Origin: Camelus ferus
Lineage: Eukaryota
NCBI RefSeq assembly: GCF_009834535.1
Contig: NC_045697.1
Span: forward strand, 20,090,001 to 20,154,000
Length of the DNA: 64,000 bases
Direction of reading: 5' to 3'
Of the stretch, positions 62,061 to 64,000 are shown piece after piece; the stretch's first letter is position 1, and each line of letters opens with the position of its first letter. Under the pieces are notes generated by a model that saw nothing but the letters and a program-made list of their open reading frames with translations, was not told where the DNA came from and searched no databases. The translations under genes and the position numbers were made by a program.

Positions 62061-64000
62061 GACATGGAGAAGCCAGACATCATCTAGAAAGGGGTGGGTG
62101 TGCACATTAAGTCTCTGGCACCTGCTCTGAGAACCAGAGGGGAGAGCCTGTGCTCTCTACTCACTCTGAGCCTGTGACGTTCCATAGGTGTTAAAAAGGT
62201 TTGCTGTTGGCCAGCCACTGAGGGGCAGTGATACACAGCGATCCGCTCGCTGTGGCTGTGAGCAGTGAGTCATGGCAGCTCCAAGTTCATTGCAAGGAAA
62301 AGAATTGAATCCTCTTGGTTTTATTTCTCAGTAGAGAACTGGAGCAGAAACAAAGCAAAACACTTCGTCTCCCCCCAGGATCTAGTTATACCTTTTACGA
62401 AGACAAACACATCACATTCAATTCTCCTTTCCCACTGCTGATGAGAGAGAAATACATTCAGAGGACCAACCAGAGTAGCCAGATGACTCTCACACAAAAA
62501 TAAACTGTGGCTTTGTTTACAGATCTCTTTCTTGTCTTTACCCACTGTCCTGCGCTCACAGAAACAAGCAAGTTAACATCTAGCATGAAAAGACATTCTC
62601 TTTGTGTGGCTAAAGTTTAAGATGTCAAATGGGCTATTATGTCTGAATGCTTGGCCTCCAGCCATTAGTGTGCTGGTAGCTAATGTCTTCCTAGCTCTAT
62701 TAGCTCCAGATCCTTTGCATAATATCCTCAGATATTGCTTTTATGCTGGGCAAGGCTGGAAGCAGGGAAATTGGCATTATAAAGGTTAGGGGGAAAATCT
62801 TTGCACTATAGTTGACATGCTGTATTGATCCAGTATGAAATCCAACCGTTACGGAGACAGATGGGGGAGCTCTGAGACTCTCAATCCAAAAATTGCATCA
62901 GCTACTGCTGATGCCGCTGCACGTGCTGACAATAGCTTCAGCCTGAAAAGCAGGGTTTACATGCCTGAAATAAATTGTTTTGATTAGAACTTTAGGAGAG
63001 AAAGTCATAAGGTACAGTTTTATTGACTACTTGCCAAACAACACAGACCTATGCACTGTAAACTTGTTTTGCTCGTGTAAGTCAAGCACCAACTAGGCTT
63101 TTATTTTCTAAGGTTATGGACTTGGGGTATAATATATTATCATTTACTTTGAATTACTGCAGCCATAGCTTCGGAGGAAGTGGAATTAATTCTGAACTAT
63201 TGCTGACCTCCATGTATGTTTATTTATTAGTTGGTTTCTTTGTGGCAAGGATGCTCTAACTTTGTGTGATAAAGACTGCTTTGAGTACCTAGTAATCTGT
63301 TAATTGTTGTGGCCAACAAAGTGAGTTCAAAAAGCTGCCACTGGTCACTAAAAAAAAAAATTGTTAAGAGAATATTCTTACAACTAGCCACATTCATAAT
63401 GCCTTCTCTCCTGTTCTGCTCTTTTTCTTCCCAGAAGCATATTTTTTCTCCTGTAGAGAGCTCTCTCTTAATCTGTTGCTGTTTTTCAAAAACAAGACAA
63501 TTCAGTGCAATCAACCAAACAAAATTCGGACAAATTGATGTAAAATGCAAAATGAGAAGCCAGCATGTTTTTTTTTTTTTTTCCGGAAGCTGGACCTGTG
63601 TTACATTATCTCCTAAGAAAGCAATTCATTGCGATGCTTTTTTTCCCAATGAAATACATGGAGATTCTTCTTTCTTACTTTCTTAGGCTGCTCGTATGGG
63701 TTTCAAAGTTGGCTATTACAGACAGACTTGAGCATACACAAGGTTTATTGTGTGTGCTATCTGTAATGACGCCATCCTGGTCTGTCTGTTGGGCCCACGC
63801 GAAAACAAACATCTTGCCAAGAGAGAAAACTGTGTGCATGTTTTTCATACTCACACTTTTATGAGAACATAGAATTAAGGACAGAACTGAAAGGAAACCA
63901 TACGTATTACCTCATCTGTTTTGTTACAGGCACTTTATTGCATGTTTTACATATATTATTTCATTTTATGTCAAATTTATCACAAAAATACAACAAATAT

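Noticed and set aside
659..63864. The remaining 60-125 aa ORFs in the track as genes
   Set aside because: No recognisable domains, low-complexity F/L/I-rich composition, many non-ATG starts, and many lie within repeats; expected by chance.

Overview
AT-rich, CpG-poor eutherian non-coding DNA (large intron or gene desert). The single lineage-specific SINE (59941-60041) resembles camelid vic-1, and I saw no Alu, B1/B2, Bov-tA/BovB, PRE-1, ERE or CanSINE, so a camelid source is likely. I cannot support any cellular protein-coding gene or RNA gene. The only ORFs with recognisable homology come from a full-length but dead Tigger1 transposon (7030-9429). The rest is a fossil record of L1, L2, L3/CR1, MIR, MaLR and ERV1 LTRs, MER20, MER53 and microsatellites, interleaved with repeat-poor stretches that may hold enhancers. 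I found no convincing novel biological system. The best leads are a back-to-back pair of related MER41-like LTRs, a young solo LTR with a duplicated U3 terminus, an unexplained ~190-bp inverted-repeat element, a candidate minus-strand microexon, and a cluster of strong minus-strand splice donors downstream of an LTR. Repeat subfamily names come from my recall of consensus sequences. Boundaries of old elements are approximate (tens of bp) unless a TSD is quoted.
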